A DNA stretch of 64,000 bases, from contig CM022665.1 of the NCBI GenBank assembly GCA_012295275.1, positions 22,630,001 through 22,694,000 of the forward strand, in the 5' to 3' direction. The DNA is from Chrysomallon squamiferum (Eukaryota > Animalia > Mollusca). The position numbers and the translations under genes were made by a program. Positions 27,004 through 39,941 of this stretch are shown here, piece by piece; within the stretch, counting starts at the first letter, position 1; every line of letters begins with the position of its first letter. The notes beneath the pieces were generated by a model, which worked only from the letters and a program-made list of their open reading frames with translations, had not been told where the DNA came from and searched no databases.

Positions 27004-29440
27004 TGAGAGGCATTACAGATAAATTAATTTTATTATCACATCTATTATTCTGAAATAAAATCTGAAATAAAACCTTAATAAGAAGGAATTTTTGTCATTT
27101 CTATTAAGTTAAAGTAATAACATCAATAATACTTCTACTACTACTACCAAATAAATAATACTTATATTCAAAAATTAGAAAAAGAAAAGAAAGAGAGATG
27201 TAAAAATATGTAGTTATGTGCAGTCATCTTTGATTGCAGTTTCTCAGTAACATAAATATACACAGAATATTAACAAAGAAAATTAAATTGTCCTGACAAT
27301 TTTGTAAAATGATTTTACTTTAAAAAAAAAAAAAAAAAAAAAATAATGTTTATGATATTTATTATTGATATATAGAGTGGATTAAAATCTGGCAATGAAA
27401 AATACATAATCAATCCATCAAAAAGAAAAATTCATTATAAATATATTTATTATATCCCATAAAACTTTTGAAAATTATATTAGTTTTGTAATAAAATTTG
27501 GTTTTTCTAAGAAGTAAATTATTTTATGTAGATTTAATGAAATCTTGAAATCAGCTCTTGGTTGATGTATGCACTTCATCTTATTCAGATGTTCTGGTTA
27601 GTGTTATAGAAGAAAATTTAAAAAAAAAGTTATTTGAATATGACACTATGATAACAGGGCTGAAAACAAAACAAAAAAACCTCTTGGTCCCATTAGGTAT
27701 TTTCTGTATATAATTCCATTATATTATAATTCAACTCAGTAAAAGTTTAGTGCTTATAAATCATGGATTGGACAATTTTACATCATATAATGTGAAAACA
27801 CTGAATTATTTTGTTTGTTTTTTATATTGTTTGGGAAAATGGTTTTAGTGTTACACTTCCACAAATGTTATGTAAGCTATTCATCAATTCTGGAGAAACC
27901 CTTCTCCCAAACAAAATAACTACCTTATATTTACTTCATTTTATTGAATACAAAGGACTTGATTTAATATTACTTTATCTCATTTTCTGTTTGACGCTAT
28001 AGAATAATGATCACCTGTAAAAGATATTAAGTATATAAATTTTACTGGACTATTTCAACAAATATTTTATTTCATATTTTAATTAAAGAAAAATAAAAGT
28101 AATAATTTTTAAAAGAAGTTACATTTTATATTAACATTTAAAGTTTAAAAAAGATTATTATTATTATGTTAGATAAAGATGAGTTCATATAAATAATAAT
28201 TATGAATACTGTTTATCAAAACAGATTTTTAAATGAAATTCGTAAGGAAAATAAAAGTAAAACAAAAAAGGAAGAAAAAAAGTAAATGTGAAAAAAAAAG
28301 AAAAAAAAGATACAAAATAAGAAAAAAGGAAAAAGAAAAGAAAAAAGAAACAAAAATTTCATTAAATAAACAGATATATCTAAATCTGTTTAATTTTTAA
28401 CTAAAAATAAAAGCAATTATTTTGTGTAATGTAATACCAGGCAAAGTTGAATATATCACACAAGTTCCAGCACACAGCCTGTTTTGTTATTTATAATATC
28501 TTAAACATTTTTTTTTTTTTTTTTTTTTAAATAAAATGATTTTACAAAATTGTCAGGACACTAATATTTAATTTTATTTGTTAATATGAAAAAAAAAAAG
28601 CTATTTTCTCAAACTGTTTTTCTCTTTTTCAGTTTGTATTATTAACAGTACAAACATTTACAGAGATATTAAATGATATTCCATTTATTATTAAATTTAT
28701 GTATTTTTTGTCTAAAAGTTACTGGTTTTCTCTTGGATTTATTTAGCTACAATGAAATGTTTTAATCCTTTCATTGTATAATTAAAAATAGCTCCTGACA
28801 AATTTAACAAGCGTAGTAGTTGTGGTACTGTCTCACAGTTGGCAGCACATACTGAGCTGATATGATGTCTGGGAGTCTGTGGGGCATGTCCACTTCTCAT
28901 AGCATAACAAGAATATTTTTTAGCCTATGGGGTAAACCCACTTTCCACAGTTAACAGCTATATAAATTGGAGCAGATATATCTGCTTATGGCAAGGAAAG
29001 GGTTGAAAAACACAGCACAGTAAGTGTTATTAGAATTGTCATTCTAAATAACAAGACAATATTTACAGAATAACACTGATTCATTGCCAGCAGAGTAATA
29101 CACTGAAAACCAAAATGGAACCCTTTTCTAAATGATAACATAATTTATACCACCAAAATTAAGAAGTAAAAATTTTTTTTGAAATCTTTGCTTTTTTTTT
29201 TATCTCAAAATAAGGTGTCTCACATAAGTGTGGTATCCCTGTCTTGAACACTGGATGTAATGAATATACTAAAATTTCCACTTGATATTAACAATTTCCA
29301 TTTTAAAACTGGTTTCTGAATTTGTGATAACACAGAAAAGGCATAGATGTCAGGACTGTATAATCCTAAAATTAAAATATACATGCTAAAGACTGATAAA
29401 GACAAAACAAATGACATAAATAAGGCTGGAGGTCACATAC

Positions 29441-29749
29441 CTGTTGTTTTTCCTGACTGTGGGAAATGCTGACAATTTGTTCCTGTAGATTGGCATCTGC
29501 CTGTGTCAACTGTGTTGTCACAGTTTGCAGTGTGGCCATGTATTCCCTGCGATCCTCATTAATATGCAACAGTTCATCTTCTTTCTCTCTCAGAATCATG
29601 GACACATCAGCCTGCAGTTCTTTCATTCTTTCCAGCTGTATTTGTAACTCCTGTGGCAGCTCTCTCCCTTGTGAACCATATTTAGCTTCTTGTGTTTGAA
29701 CCAGTCGTCGCATCTGTTCCATTCGGACTGATATATCTTGTTCTAGCAT
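29441..29749 (-). CDS. SYNE1: SYNE1-like exon (MLEQDISVRM...SQEKQQ)
   Basis: cag/gtatgt boundaries, 309 nt, phase 0-0. Confidence 0.92.
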
Positions 29750-30247
29750 CTGAAATATATGAGAAAATTAAATGAATAAACCATTATATTTTAGGAACAA
29801 ATAAATTTAAGTTTTGTGAATAGTTCACATAAATAATCAATTGGACCAGAACTAATTTTAGAATTTTAAATTGGTAAATATCTTCCATTAGACTCTGAAA
29901 TAATTGAGAAGAGTAGGAAAAAACTAAATAATTTCCTACTATAAGAAAACTGAACAAACCAAAGATTCACTATAAATAGTAAGTGTGAGTTTAAATCTAT
30001 ACATTTAAATGAAAGGTACCTGAGAAAATAAATTGGCTGACTTCTGTTACAAATAGCATTTTGTTTGAAAATGCTACTTGATGAATTAGAATTAAATGAA
30101 ACTTCACACTTTATTATAAATTATTGTGTAGAGAGAGAAAGGTGACAAGTTCCCAAACATTGAACACCTTGATGTGCTGTCACAGCAACAGATTTAAATT
30201 AAAGGCAACTTTCACATGTTCATTAAATGACAGGCATTTTGTGTCTA

Positions 30248-30465
30248 TCTGTTCATTGAGTTACTTTATGTTTCAGCATTTGTGCAATGTCTGGGTTTTT
30301 TACTTACTTTATGCTTCTCTATTTGTGTAATGTCTGTTCTTTGACTTAGTTTATATTTCTCTATTTGTGTAACGTCTGTTTTTTGACTCACTTTGTGCTT
30401 CAGTATTTGTCTAATGTCTCTGTTTTTTTTACTCACTTTATGCTTCTCTATTTGTGTAATGTCTG
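30248..30465. repeat. Minisatellite of about five 42-45 bp units, each a copy of the exon 3' end plus splice donor
   Basis: Repeated plus-strand unit (tctg)tt..act(c/t)actttatgcttctctatttgtgtaatg; donor-equivalent exon ends at 30437, 30392, 30350, 30308 and 30265. Confidence 0.9.
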
Positions 30466-30614
30466 CCTGGTCTTTGTTAGCAGTCAGACCATTGAGTTCC
30501 TCTCTGCTCTCTGTGAGCCAGTCAATGCTCTGAGTGACCTCTTCCAGGAAACTTCCTCTGTCATCTATCTCATCCTGAAGAAGCTGATGCTGTTCCTTCA
30601 CATGATCTCGGAAC
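30437..30614 (-). CDS. SYNE1: SYNE1-like exon (FRDHVKEQHQ...ITQIEKHK); additional duplicated in-frame donors would move its end to 30392 or 30308
   Basis: aag acceptor, gtgagt donor, 178 nt, phase 2-0. Confidence 0.85.
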
Positions 30615-31187
30615 CTTTAAAAACAAATATTATATATTTATATAAAAAATCATTTCTGATACTCAGAACAGTTTTATCTATGAAAATGAATTCATTAGTT
30701 AACAGGTAAGTGTTTAAAGTTTTAATTATCCAAGTTATTTAACACTGGAACAGGATAAAGTTCAAGTAACTGTTTATATATCAAAGAAAGTAATTGTCTG
30801 CTAAAACCCTACATATCATAATTTAAAAGTTAATACAATTCAGATGTATGAATGTTATTTTTGGTAATCCAATTTTATTTGTGAAGAATTGATTTTTTAG
30901 AATCAAAATAAGATGAAGACTTCATATGTGATTTCAAGATCCAATTTAGGTGAATGCTATTTAAGCAGAACCTGCTGCATTATTATTACATAACATAGGC
31001 CTGCAAAACTCCTCCACCGTTAATATTAATAACAACATCCTCAAAACTTACAAAAATTGTTAAAAAATTGTTAATACATTTCAGATTACATTTTTAATGG
31101 ATAAAGTAAAAAGGATATTGTTTTTTGTTTTCTATCTCTATTATACTTTTAACTGTGAATGCAAAAAAGTATGTCATTTTTATTTTA

Positions 31188-31322
31188 ATATCAGATACAA
31201 ATGCAAACAATAGCTGAAAGAAAATCAGCATGAACTGTATTAATTTTTTTATGTTCATTAATATTGTGGAAATTAATTCAGTTTTCATGTTGCCATACAC
31301 ATGTAATACTATATCCACAACA
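31188..31322 (+). repeat. 135-bp intronic direct duplication, copy 2, ending just inside the intron next to the donor of exon 31330-31475
   Basis: Direct alignment with 25596-25730. Confidence 0.9.
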
Positions 31323-31329
31323 GCCTCAC

Positions 31330-31475
31330 CTTTCAAACTTTTCCATCAAAGCCATGAACTCTTCCTGAGACTGAACCTTTGCCTCAGCAGTTGGCAGAGA
31401 TCTTTGGAGTATTACTGATGATTTCTTCATGGCTTCTAGAGTGGAATCCACATTCTCTAGATCAGCATGAATTGC
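31330..31475 (-). CDS. SYNE1: SYNE1-like exon (AIHADLENVD...MEKFE)
   Basis: tag/gtgagg boundaries, 146 nt, phase 0-2. Confidence 0.9.
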
Positions 31476-31754
31476 CTAAAAGAATACATTTAATGTTATA
31501 GTATTTAATGCAATGTTAAATGAAAGAGTAACAAAAGAAAGTTATGAAATACAATATTTAAAATTAATATGATCTATTACCATTAAAGATTTAAAAGATG
31601 GAGTAAAAAATAAAACAGAACAAAAAAAGAAGTAAAACAACAAAAATATACAACTCCAGATATGCATACAAAAAATAACAGCGATAATAATGATCAGTAT
31701 AATAACAATATATATATATATATATATTTTTATAATTATTCTAATAGAGCTCAC

Positions 31755-31898
31755 CTCAATGTTCTGTATCTGGTTGACTAATTGGTTACTGTCAGCAGTT
31801 TGCAGATTAACAACTTCTAGTCTGTCTTGACACTGATGCAGGACATCATCTGCTGACTGCAACATGGAACTGAACTCTTGCCACTGGACTCCCATATC
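31755..31898 (-). CDS. SYNE1: SYNE1-like exon (DMGVQWQEFS...IQNIE)
   Basis: tag/gtgagc boundaries, 144 nt, phase 0-0. Confidence 0.9.
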
Positions 31899-32393
31899 CT
31901 ATAAAAACATATTTTGAAATACTATTGCAGTCATATTGGTATTAAGGAAATGGACATTTGCCACTAAATTGCCATATCCTACAAAAATAAAATATGTCCA
32001 CTGCCATACAAATACAACAGCACTGAAATTCCATATTCTATTAAAAAAAAGTATCATCATCATAAACAGATCCACAAAAAAATAGGCATATCTATATGGT
32101 GAAATCAGTTTGTTAGAGAAAAGAACAGCAACAAACAGTGGTCATTTCAGTACATATTCAATACAGTTTGGGGGTTAATTCCTTGAGTTTAACCTGTGAA
32201 ATTACACTAAAACATCTTGTGATTGTTATAATTTTATTTTTACTTTTGTATTATTTTACACTGTCTTGAGCTGATTCTATGCAATGTTTATCAAGTCTCT
32301 GCCAAAAACAATCATATTTAAATGTTATCAAAATTAGTTTGAAATAATATAAGATTTTTACATTATCTTAAATAAATAACTGATGCATAATAC

Positions 32394-32576
32394 CTGTAGA
32401 GTTGTTTGCCTTGCTTCACAGTTATTGATGAGAGTACTCCAGCGACTGTTTATAGATGATATGAATTTGTCGATAAGAGAGTGACTATCTGATGAAGCCA
32501 TTCTGTCCAGTGATCTGGCTTGTTCATTCAACTCATCCACTGAAGAACGATTTGCCTCCAGTTTACCAGAGAAATC
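32394..32576 (-). CDS. SYNE1: SYNE1-like exon (DFSGKLEANR...NSRWSTL...QTTLQ)
   Basis: aag/gtatta boundaries, 183 nt, phase 0-0. Confidence 0.88.
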
Positions 32577-32936
32577 CTTAATGACACAAAAATTTATTAT
32601 TTTTATTAAAATACTTATAAAACTCAGATATATTCATAAAAATCTGTTACTTGTGTTTATTATTGAAACTACACATTTTTTATGTAGTAGAAATAATAAT
32701 AATAATAATAGTAATAATATTAAAATAATAATAATAATGAAAATGTTCAATTAATGATAACAAAAATCTCAAAAAGATGTATAAATGTTATACAAAATAA
32801 TGTTATTTCATATTTGAATTTAAACATTTTTGTATTCACTTTTTACAAAAAGATAACTCTAAATATTTCTTTTAGTATAGACATTTTATTTATAACTACC
32901 AACCATTCAATGAACTGAGTATGAAACATGCCAAAC

Positions 32937-33053
32937 CTTTGTCTGTTGAAGAGCGTGTTGTATTTCTCCTGGGCTGGTTAAAGGTGCTTTTTCTAGTTCA
33001 GCCCACTCTTCTTCCAGACACTGAAGAATACCATTCAACTCCTCATGGGCATC
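32937..33053 (-). CDS. SYNE1: SYNE1-like exon (DAHEELNGIL...LQQTK)
   Basis: tag/gtttgg boundaries, 117 nt, phase 0-0. Confidence 0.87.
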
Positions 33054-33474
33054 CTACCATTAACATTTTAATAAAATTAAAAAATATCTTTAATTTTCTA
33101 AGCCATCAATGCTCTTATTATACAAGCATACACCAAATTACATTATTATAATGCAGAGATTTATGTAAATAGCTACAGTCTTTGGCAAAATGGGCTATAG
33201 TCTGTTCAGTGAACAGAATACACTTTAAATTTAAAGTAATCATTAATAATACAAAATAAATATATAAATAAATTTATTTATTTAAAAAGCAGATTAAGAC
33301 AGTAATAATATAGATCTATTTATCTATACAATTATGTATTAAAAAAAAAAAAAATAATAATAAATAATAAAAAATAAGTAAATAAGTAAATAATAAAAAA
33401 AATACACACACAAATAAAAGAACAAAGCCTTAGTAAACATGGAGTTTTTGACTTAGGGTGAAACTACATTTTAC

Positions 33475-33687
33475 CTGGAAGTCTCTCCATTTAGATGCCT
33501 TCTCTTCAAGCATTTCCTGTTTCTTCTGTGAAGCAGACATGACAGCTGCTAGTTTGTTGCTGACTTTTTGAAGAGATTGTTGCAGTGTTTCTTTGTCATT
33601 AGGATCAAGAGTGAGCAGAAGACGTTCTGATATTTCCATCACCTGATCCATCTCATCCTGACACAAACTGGCCTCAGAGAAATAGTC
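33475..33687 (-). CDS. SYNE1: SYNE1-like exon (DYFSEASLCQ...KWRDFQ)
   Basis: cag/gtaaaa boundaries, 213 nt, phase 0-0. Confidence 0.9.
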
Positions 33688-34124
33688 CTGTATAGTAATA
33701 ATAATATTATTATTTAACAATGATAATAATAACAAGAAGAAGAAGAAGAAGAAGAAGAAGAAAAAGAAGAAGAAAAATAAAAACAAAAACATATAGATGT
33801 ACAAATAATTATATTACTAGTAATAGTATTAATAATATGAATAATATCAGTATGCTCAACAACAAAACAAATCAAAATAATAATAATCAAATTTATCATA
33901 ATAATGAATAAAATAATATATTTTGTTTACATTCATCATCTCCATTATTAGAAGAAAAAAGAACCAAAAATTATTGCAAGCAACCATGTAAACATCGATA
34001 AGAAATAAAAAAATAACAACAGAAACAATAAAATTTGAACATTTTTAAACTGCACTTAATTGTGTTTACTCTCTGAGTTTTAATCTGTTTTTCATATAAT
34101 CATTAAACAGTTTTAAAAACTCAC

Positions 34125-34448
34125 AGTATATTCACTCAGTGTCTGATCCACTGTATCATAATCAAGACCTTCATAACCAGAATCCAGCAACTCCTCAGCT
34201 CCTTTCAGCCAAGCAGTGACCTGGTGTATAGAGTTTTCATACCGCTCCCTGTCCTCTTGGGCCTCCTGTAGATACTGCTCTTTCTTCTGAGTTGCCTCCC
34301 TTATAGACTCCTCTAGTGTTTCAATCTGTACCAGTTTGGCAGACACTGCAGGAGGAACAGATTCCTGAAGTTTCTGGTAATGTTCCATTTCAAGCTGAGC
34401 CTTCATTTTCACTGCTTGCAGGTTGCCCAGAGCCTGGCAGGTCATTTC
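34125..34448 (-). CDS. SYNE1: SYNE1-like exon (EMTCQALGNL...VTAWLKGAE...LSEYT)
   Basis: tag/gtgagt boundaries, 324 nt, phase 0-0. Confidence 0.92.
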
Positions 34449-34811
34449 CTAGAAGATGAAGAAAACAGAGAATATTATAGTAAAAAAACCCAAACAATTT
34501 ACTTTTTTATAATGAAATGTATGTAATAGTGACTGTATAACTGACATGCATATGTGATACTCTAAATACATTTTTACATTTTTGTTTCATTTTTGTTTTC
34601 TGCACAAAAGAAATAAAATAAAAATATGTGAAAGTTTCAAGCACAATTTAAAACCTGAGTTTGTTGAGTAATGTTTCATCTATTTTCTTTTATAAACAAT
34701 TTAATAACATTAAATTAACAAGTCTTGTCAACACAATTCTAAATCATTTCTGTCACAAAATATTTACAGTATTATACATATAAAAGACTAAACTAATTTT
34801 AAAAGACAAAC

Positions 34812-35138
34812 CTGATGCTTTCTAAGAACTGGTTTAACTTTGCCAGAATCTAAATCCAGAGCATCACAAGAAGCTAAAACATTTTCTTTCTGCTCCAGCC
34901 ATGATATTGTCTGTTCCACTGAGGATTCAAAGTCCTCACGTTCCTGCTTTATCTGTTTACAATTCTCACACTTTTCTGTGGCAGTTTTAGTCAGTTCTGT
35001 TAATTTCGTCTGTATTGTTTTCAGTCTGCCTGCAATTGCTGCAGCATCCTGCTCTGATCCTTCTTTCCCAATCTGATTACCTCTTTCTTCTATTGCAAAT
35101 AATCCTTGTTCAAGATCTTGGAATTTTTCTAGTACATT
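34812..35138 (-). CDS. SYNE1: SYNE1-like exon (NVLEKFQDLE...LRKHQ)
   Basis: tag/gtttgt boundaries, 327 nt, phase 0-0. Confidence 0.9.
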
Positions 35139-35830
35139 CTATTTAAACACAAATATGGTACTCATTATTTAGAATACAAAATAAAACCCAGTAATATTAG
35201 AAAACAAAATGACTTTTAAAACACAAATCACACCCATGTTAAAAGTGTGCAAGAAAACATAATTAATTATAAACTGTCAATGTGAAAATGTGTTAAGTCA
35301 AAAATTACTAGTGTGATTGAAAGTTATAGAATCTATAATAGGGACTGAGTGGAAAGTTTATATTTAATTACATTTCTGAAAATTAATGATTAAAAACATT
35401 TTGATATTCCTTTGAAATAAATTACATGCTCAGGCAAAATCAAAATCAAATAAGTTAGTAAAAATTTAATATGTAACAACAGACACAATATTAATAAATA
35501 TATTAGTATTTCAGCACTTTAAATATTTTATAAACAAAATTATATAATACCATTACATCTTTCTTTTTTTCAGTAAATAATATATTGTACTTAGGTTAAT
35601 GAAATAAACATGCTTTCAGTCCACTGAAATCCATTTCATAAATCTATGCATTAAAATAAAATAATTGCATACACACAATGTGTTTCTCAATCCAAAAATT
35701 TAAGGCCAGTCTGGATTAATACTTCCTTTTTTTTTTTTTTTCATTTTTTGTGCATACAAGGCAATAAAATACAAAAAGTCTCAAACATTCACAAAATTAA
35801 AGTCTCAGATTAAAATAAAAGAGTACATAC

Positions 35831-36136
35831 AGTGTATTTTTCAATCCGAGCTGGTATGGCCAGACCAAGATCAGTGACAGCATCAATCTGATTTTCACAG
35901 TCAAGAATGGTCATCTCCATGTCTTCCAACTGTCTGTGGAACTGCTTCCTGGAAGCCACAGCTTGATGGCAACGATTTACTTGCTGAGTAATCTGGTCTA
36001 TCAGCATTTCATACTGTGATGTTAAGTGGAGAATCTCTTCAGCATTGCTGATGTGGCCTGCTGATCTCAAAGGCTCAACAGACTGGTTCAGTGTGGACAT
36101 TGTTGGCTGGTATTCTGATATTTTCTGTTCTAATGC
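35831..36136 (-). CDS. SYNE1: SYNE1-like exon (ALEQKISEYQ...RIEKYT)
   Basis: tag/gtatgt boundaries, 306 nt, phase 0-0. Confidence 0.92.
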
Positions 36137-36659
36137 CTACAAAACAAATATGAATAATTTATTATTTTATTGTTATACTTATTTTAATGGGAATATAGAA
36201 CAGTACTGAGGTTCAGTGGTTAAAATAAAATATATATCTTCTATTGATAAATATTAATAAAGGAAACCTGCTTATTCCTTATCAACAAATACTGTTACTG
36301 ATCATATGTATAAACAGCAAATAGGAAAGCCCACACCAGCACACTATTACCACTACTACCATTACTACTTCTACTACTACCACTACTACTACTACTATCA
36401 CCACCACCACCACAAGCACTATTATTATTACTGCTATTGCCACCAAATTCACTACTACAACTCCACTGCTTCTATCATCATTATTACTATTACTTCTGCT
36501 AATACTTTCACTTACTCGTACTACTATTACTACTACTAATAATAATATAAATATCATCTCATTATGTTGAAATAAAACACATTGATTCGTTTATGTTGAA
36601 TACTGCTCATAATTTTATTTTTTTAATTTTGACTTCTGTCAATCACATGAAACAAGTAC

Positions 36660-36846
36660 CTCATATTTTGCTAGTACATGTTCAGCATCACTGACTCTTG
36701 GTCCTATTGAGGTGGATGCTTCCCGGAGTTGATCCTGTGTTTTAGACAGCCACTGCCTGCTCTCTTCAATACTGGACTGCATTTCAGACTGAGTCTTTAA
36801 AGCAGACTCCAAAACAGCCATTCGTTCAGTGATCTGGTTTGAAGCA
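36660..36846 (-). CDS. SYNE1: SYNE1-like exon (ASNQITERMA...LAKYE)
   Basis: cag/gtactt boundaries, 187 nt, phase 2-0. Confidence 0.9.
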
Positions 36847-36854
36847 CTGAATAA

Positions 36855-36889
<35 letters not shown>

Positions 36890-36974
36890 ATTTAAAAAGA
36901 ATTTAAAAAGTAAAATAAAATAAAATAAAATAAAATAATGAAAAAGAAACCAAAATGATTCAAGAGAAACAACA

Positions 36975-37014
<40 letters not shown>

Positions 37015-37326
37015 AAATATATAATTATCATATGAATAAATTACAATTTTAGGATATTACTTTAAGGTGTAATTACTACAGCTTCAGTTTTTTTTTATGA
37101 TTCAAAAAGAAGGACATTTCTGCTGCATTACATTTCACAGGCATTAGAATATAAAGCAATTGACAAATCAAAACAGATATAATTCAACAAGTATATTTAT
37201 ACCTATACTGTCACACACACACACACACACACACACACTAATAATAAATTAAAGGAACAATAATAGCTATGACTACAACTATTAATGACCATAAATTAAA
37301 ATTTCTAATTAAACAAAATTAAATAC

Positions 37327-37469
37327 CCTTGATATTTGTCTTTGAGAGTTTCTAACTGCTCCTCTAGAATTGGAAGGTCTGTTTCATACAAGTCAGGTTT
37401 GAATCCTTCTCCGAGCTGTATAGTCTGTGCCACCAGAGATTCAAACATGCAGCTGCTGTTGTGCAGATT
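37327..37469 (-). CDS. SYNE1: SYNE1-like exon (NLHNSSCMFE...KDKYQ)
   Basis: cag/gtattt boundaries, 143 nt, phase 0-2. Confidence 0.88.
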
Positions 37470-37926
37470 CTGTATGTAACATTTTAAAAGTAAAGATGTA
37501 CAGTACCATAACATGATAAGGAAAATGTAAAATAAATAAATAAAAAATAATGATGATGATGATAATAATAATTATAGAACAAAAAAAGAAAAAGAAAAAA
37601 ATGCTTTCCAAATACTCAACTAAATAAACTAAATGAATAAAAAAAAAAAGAAGAAAAAAAAAGCACACTATATAAAATTAAGATACAGAGACAGATGAGA
37701 AAATTTGGAAATGATTATTATTACTTCATTTTTAATAAAGAGAAAAATCACCATAAAATGCAAAGGAAAAGTCTGAAATCTGAAGAATAAATATAACATT
37801 CAAAGATAACAGTAAAAAACAGTAAGATTTTATAAAACATTACCCACCCAAAAAAGAGAGAAAACCCAATAAAACAAACTAAACAACCACAAACAAAATT
37901 TACAAAAAAAAATATTTTTTTTTTAC

Positions 37927-38132
37927 TTTATACTGTTCAACTTGTTCTTGTAATATTTCTGTTGCACAGTCTAGAGTTAATTCCCCTGTGCACTTAATAT
38001 CTGTCTCCATGCACCATCGTTCGATTTTCTGAAAATCTGTCTCAAACTGTTTTCTGGCCAATGAACAATCACGCAGGTGATCATATTGGTATTTGAGTCT
38101 TTGAAGTAGGTTTTCATATCTTCGTGATATAT
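37927..38132 (-). CDS. SYNE1: SYNE1-like exon (ISRRYENLLQ...VEQYK)
   Basis: cag/gtaaaa boundaries, 206 nt, phase 1-0. Confidence 0.88.
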
Positions 38133-38249
38133 CTGAAATAATATTTATTATTTAAAACTAAATATCACCAAATTTTGAAATAAACAAATAGAGTAATGGT
38201 AACAACAATAATAATATTTTTCTCTGTGATAGTTTGTATTATGTCTCAC

Positions 38250-38370
38250 CATCCAATTTGTGATCCAATTCAGCAGCAGTTTCATCTGTACATTCAGATT
38301 TTAAACTTTCAGCCTTGGACCTGATTGGCTCCATATGGCTCATGTGATTCTGTACTTCACTACAGAGGTT
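38250..38370 (-). CDS. SYNE1: SYNE1-like exon (NLCSEVQNHM...DHKLD)
   Basis: cag/gtgaga boundaries, 121 nt, phase 0-1. Confidence 0.88.
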
Positions 38371-38879
38371 CTGTGAAGAAGAAAAACATAATCAGTATTC
38401 ATATTTTATATTAATGATTATATATGTGACTATTGTGTTTTTTGTTAATATTAGTTTTATTTTTGTCTCTGATTTTTTTTTATTCCTTTTCTTTTTCTAT
38501 CTTTGTTGTTTTGTTGGGGTTTCTTGGTTTCTTTTTTTTTTTTCTTCTTCTTTTCTAAATTTGCTTAAGTAAGAACATGTAAACCAAAACAATTAATGAC
38601 AACAATTAATTCCTGAACGACTTTTAAAAAAATATTTTTTAAACCTTTTCCCCTGACTAACATGGAGGTCATATTTGAGAACTAAATAATATTACCAAGA
38701 TATAAACTAAACATTCTGGACCACTGCTGGATTCTATCACAGTTAAATGATGTTATGTCCATTGCTTCTTATCCAAGTTTTCTATCACTAAATTACAGAC
38801 AGCTTTCCCTGACTGATAATTTACTTATAAATAAATTTATAACTTAAATATATAAAAATGTATGCAAACCATTCCTTAC

Positions 38880-39206
38880 CTTGCATTTTTCTGCCTGTTT
38901 CTCCACATCAAAAGCCAATAGTCGTATGCTGTCATTTTTCTCTGCCAGCCTCTCTTTGTCTTGTAACCAACTGTTCTCCTTCTCCAAGCTAGACTGGAAC
39001 TCAATCCTTTCTGACACTGCCTCTTCACACGTATCACATTTCTGTTGCACAAGACTGTACATCTTGTCATGTTCTCTCTGAACAGTTGCAATAAGTTGTT
39101 CAACAGTGTCACGTTCCTTCACTGGGAGATCTTCAGTTAGGATTTTAGCTTTCTTGGCAACACTGTCCAAGGTTATCTGACGATGATCCAGCTCTACATA
39201 CAAATC
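38880..39206 (-). CDS. SYNE1: SYNE1-like exon (DLYVELDHRQ...AEKCK)
   Basis: cag/gtaagg boundaries, 327 nt, phase 0-0. Confidence 0.92.
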
Positions 39207-39901
39207 CTGAAAATAATAATTGTAGCAATAAGAAAAGTTAAAACCAACCAGTTATTTTGTTATTGATTTGATAGCTTTTATTCCATGGCTAGCTATCATG
39301 AATCTTTTACCTGTACATCCTTACATGCATGTCAATACATATCATGGTTTATTTCATAAAGCAAAATATCCATTAGCTACTAACCAGAATAAGAAATATG
39401 CAAAAGGGAAGTCTGTGGAAACAAATCCTTCCACTAATTATGAAATATCAATGTAAATTCAATTTTCAACATAGGCTTAAGACCTTACTACATCATTAGT
39501 TGAAAAGAATAATAGTATAGTAGTAATAATAATAATAATAATAATAAAACTTAAATATAAAATAAATACACTGAATATAATGGAAAAACATCAGTAGTTT
39601 ATAAACATGTATTGTATATAATTCAACATTTTGTATTTACTAATTACTAACCATGATAAACATTTACTGTTTGAGTCTGATATTAATGATATATCTTTAA
39701 AAACATCTACTTGTAACTTGCAATCATTTTCAAATTTATAAAGAGGCTATATTATGCAATAATATTACCTTTACTATAAAACAAAATCAAACCCAACGTT
39801 ATCCAGAAAAATTTCACATCAAAGTTCCACAGTATTTCCCCACAGCTGGATGTTGACAAGAAAATAGAAATAAATATCCAAGCATGCATATCCCAAAGGA
39901 A

Positions 39902-39941
<40 letters not shown>

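Noticed and set aside
30248-30465. CRISPR-like array
   Set aside because: Eukaryotic intron; units are head-to-tail copies of an exon end with no unique spacers and no cas genes.
25457-31336. Two similar hydrophobic ORFs (25457-25888 and 31094-31336) as paralogous small membrane proteins
   Set aside because: The similarity is confined to the 135-bp DNA duplication; the rest is AT-rich or microsatellite-derived translation with no splice logic.
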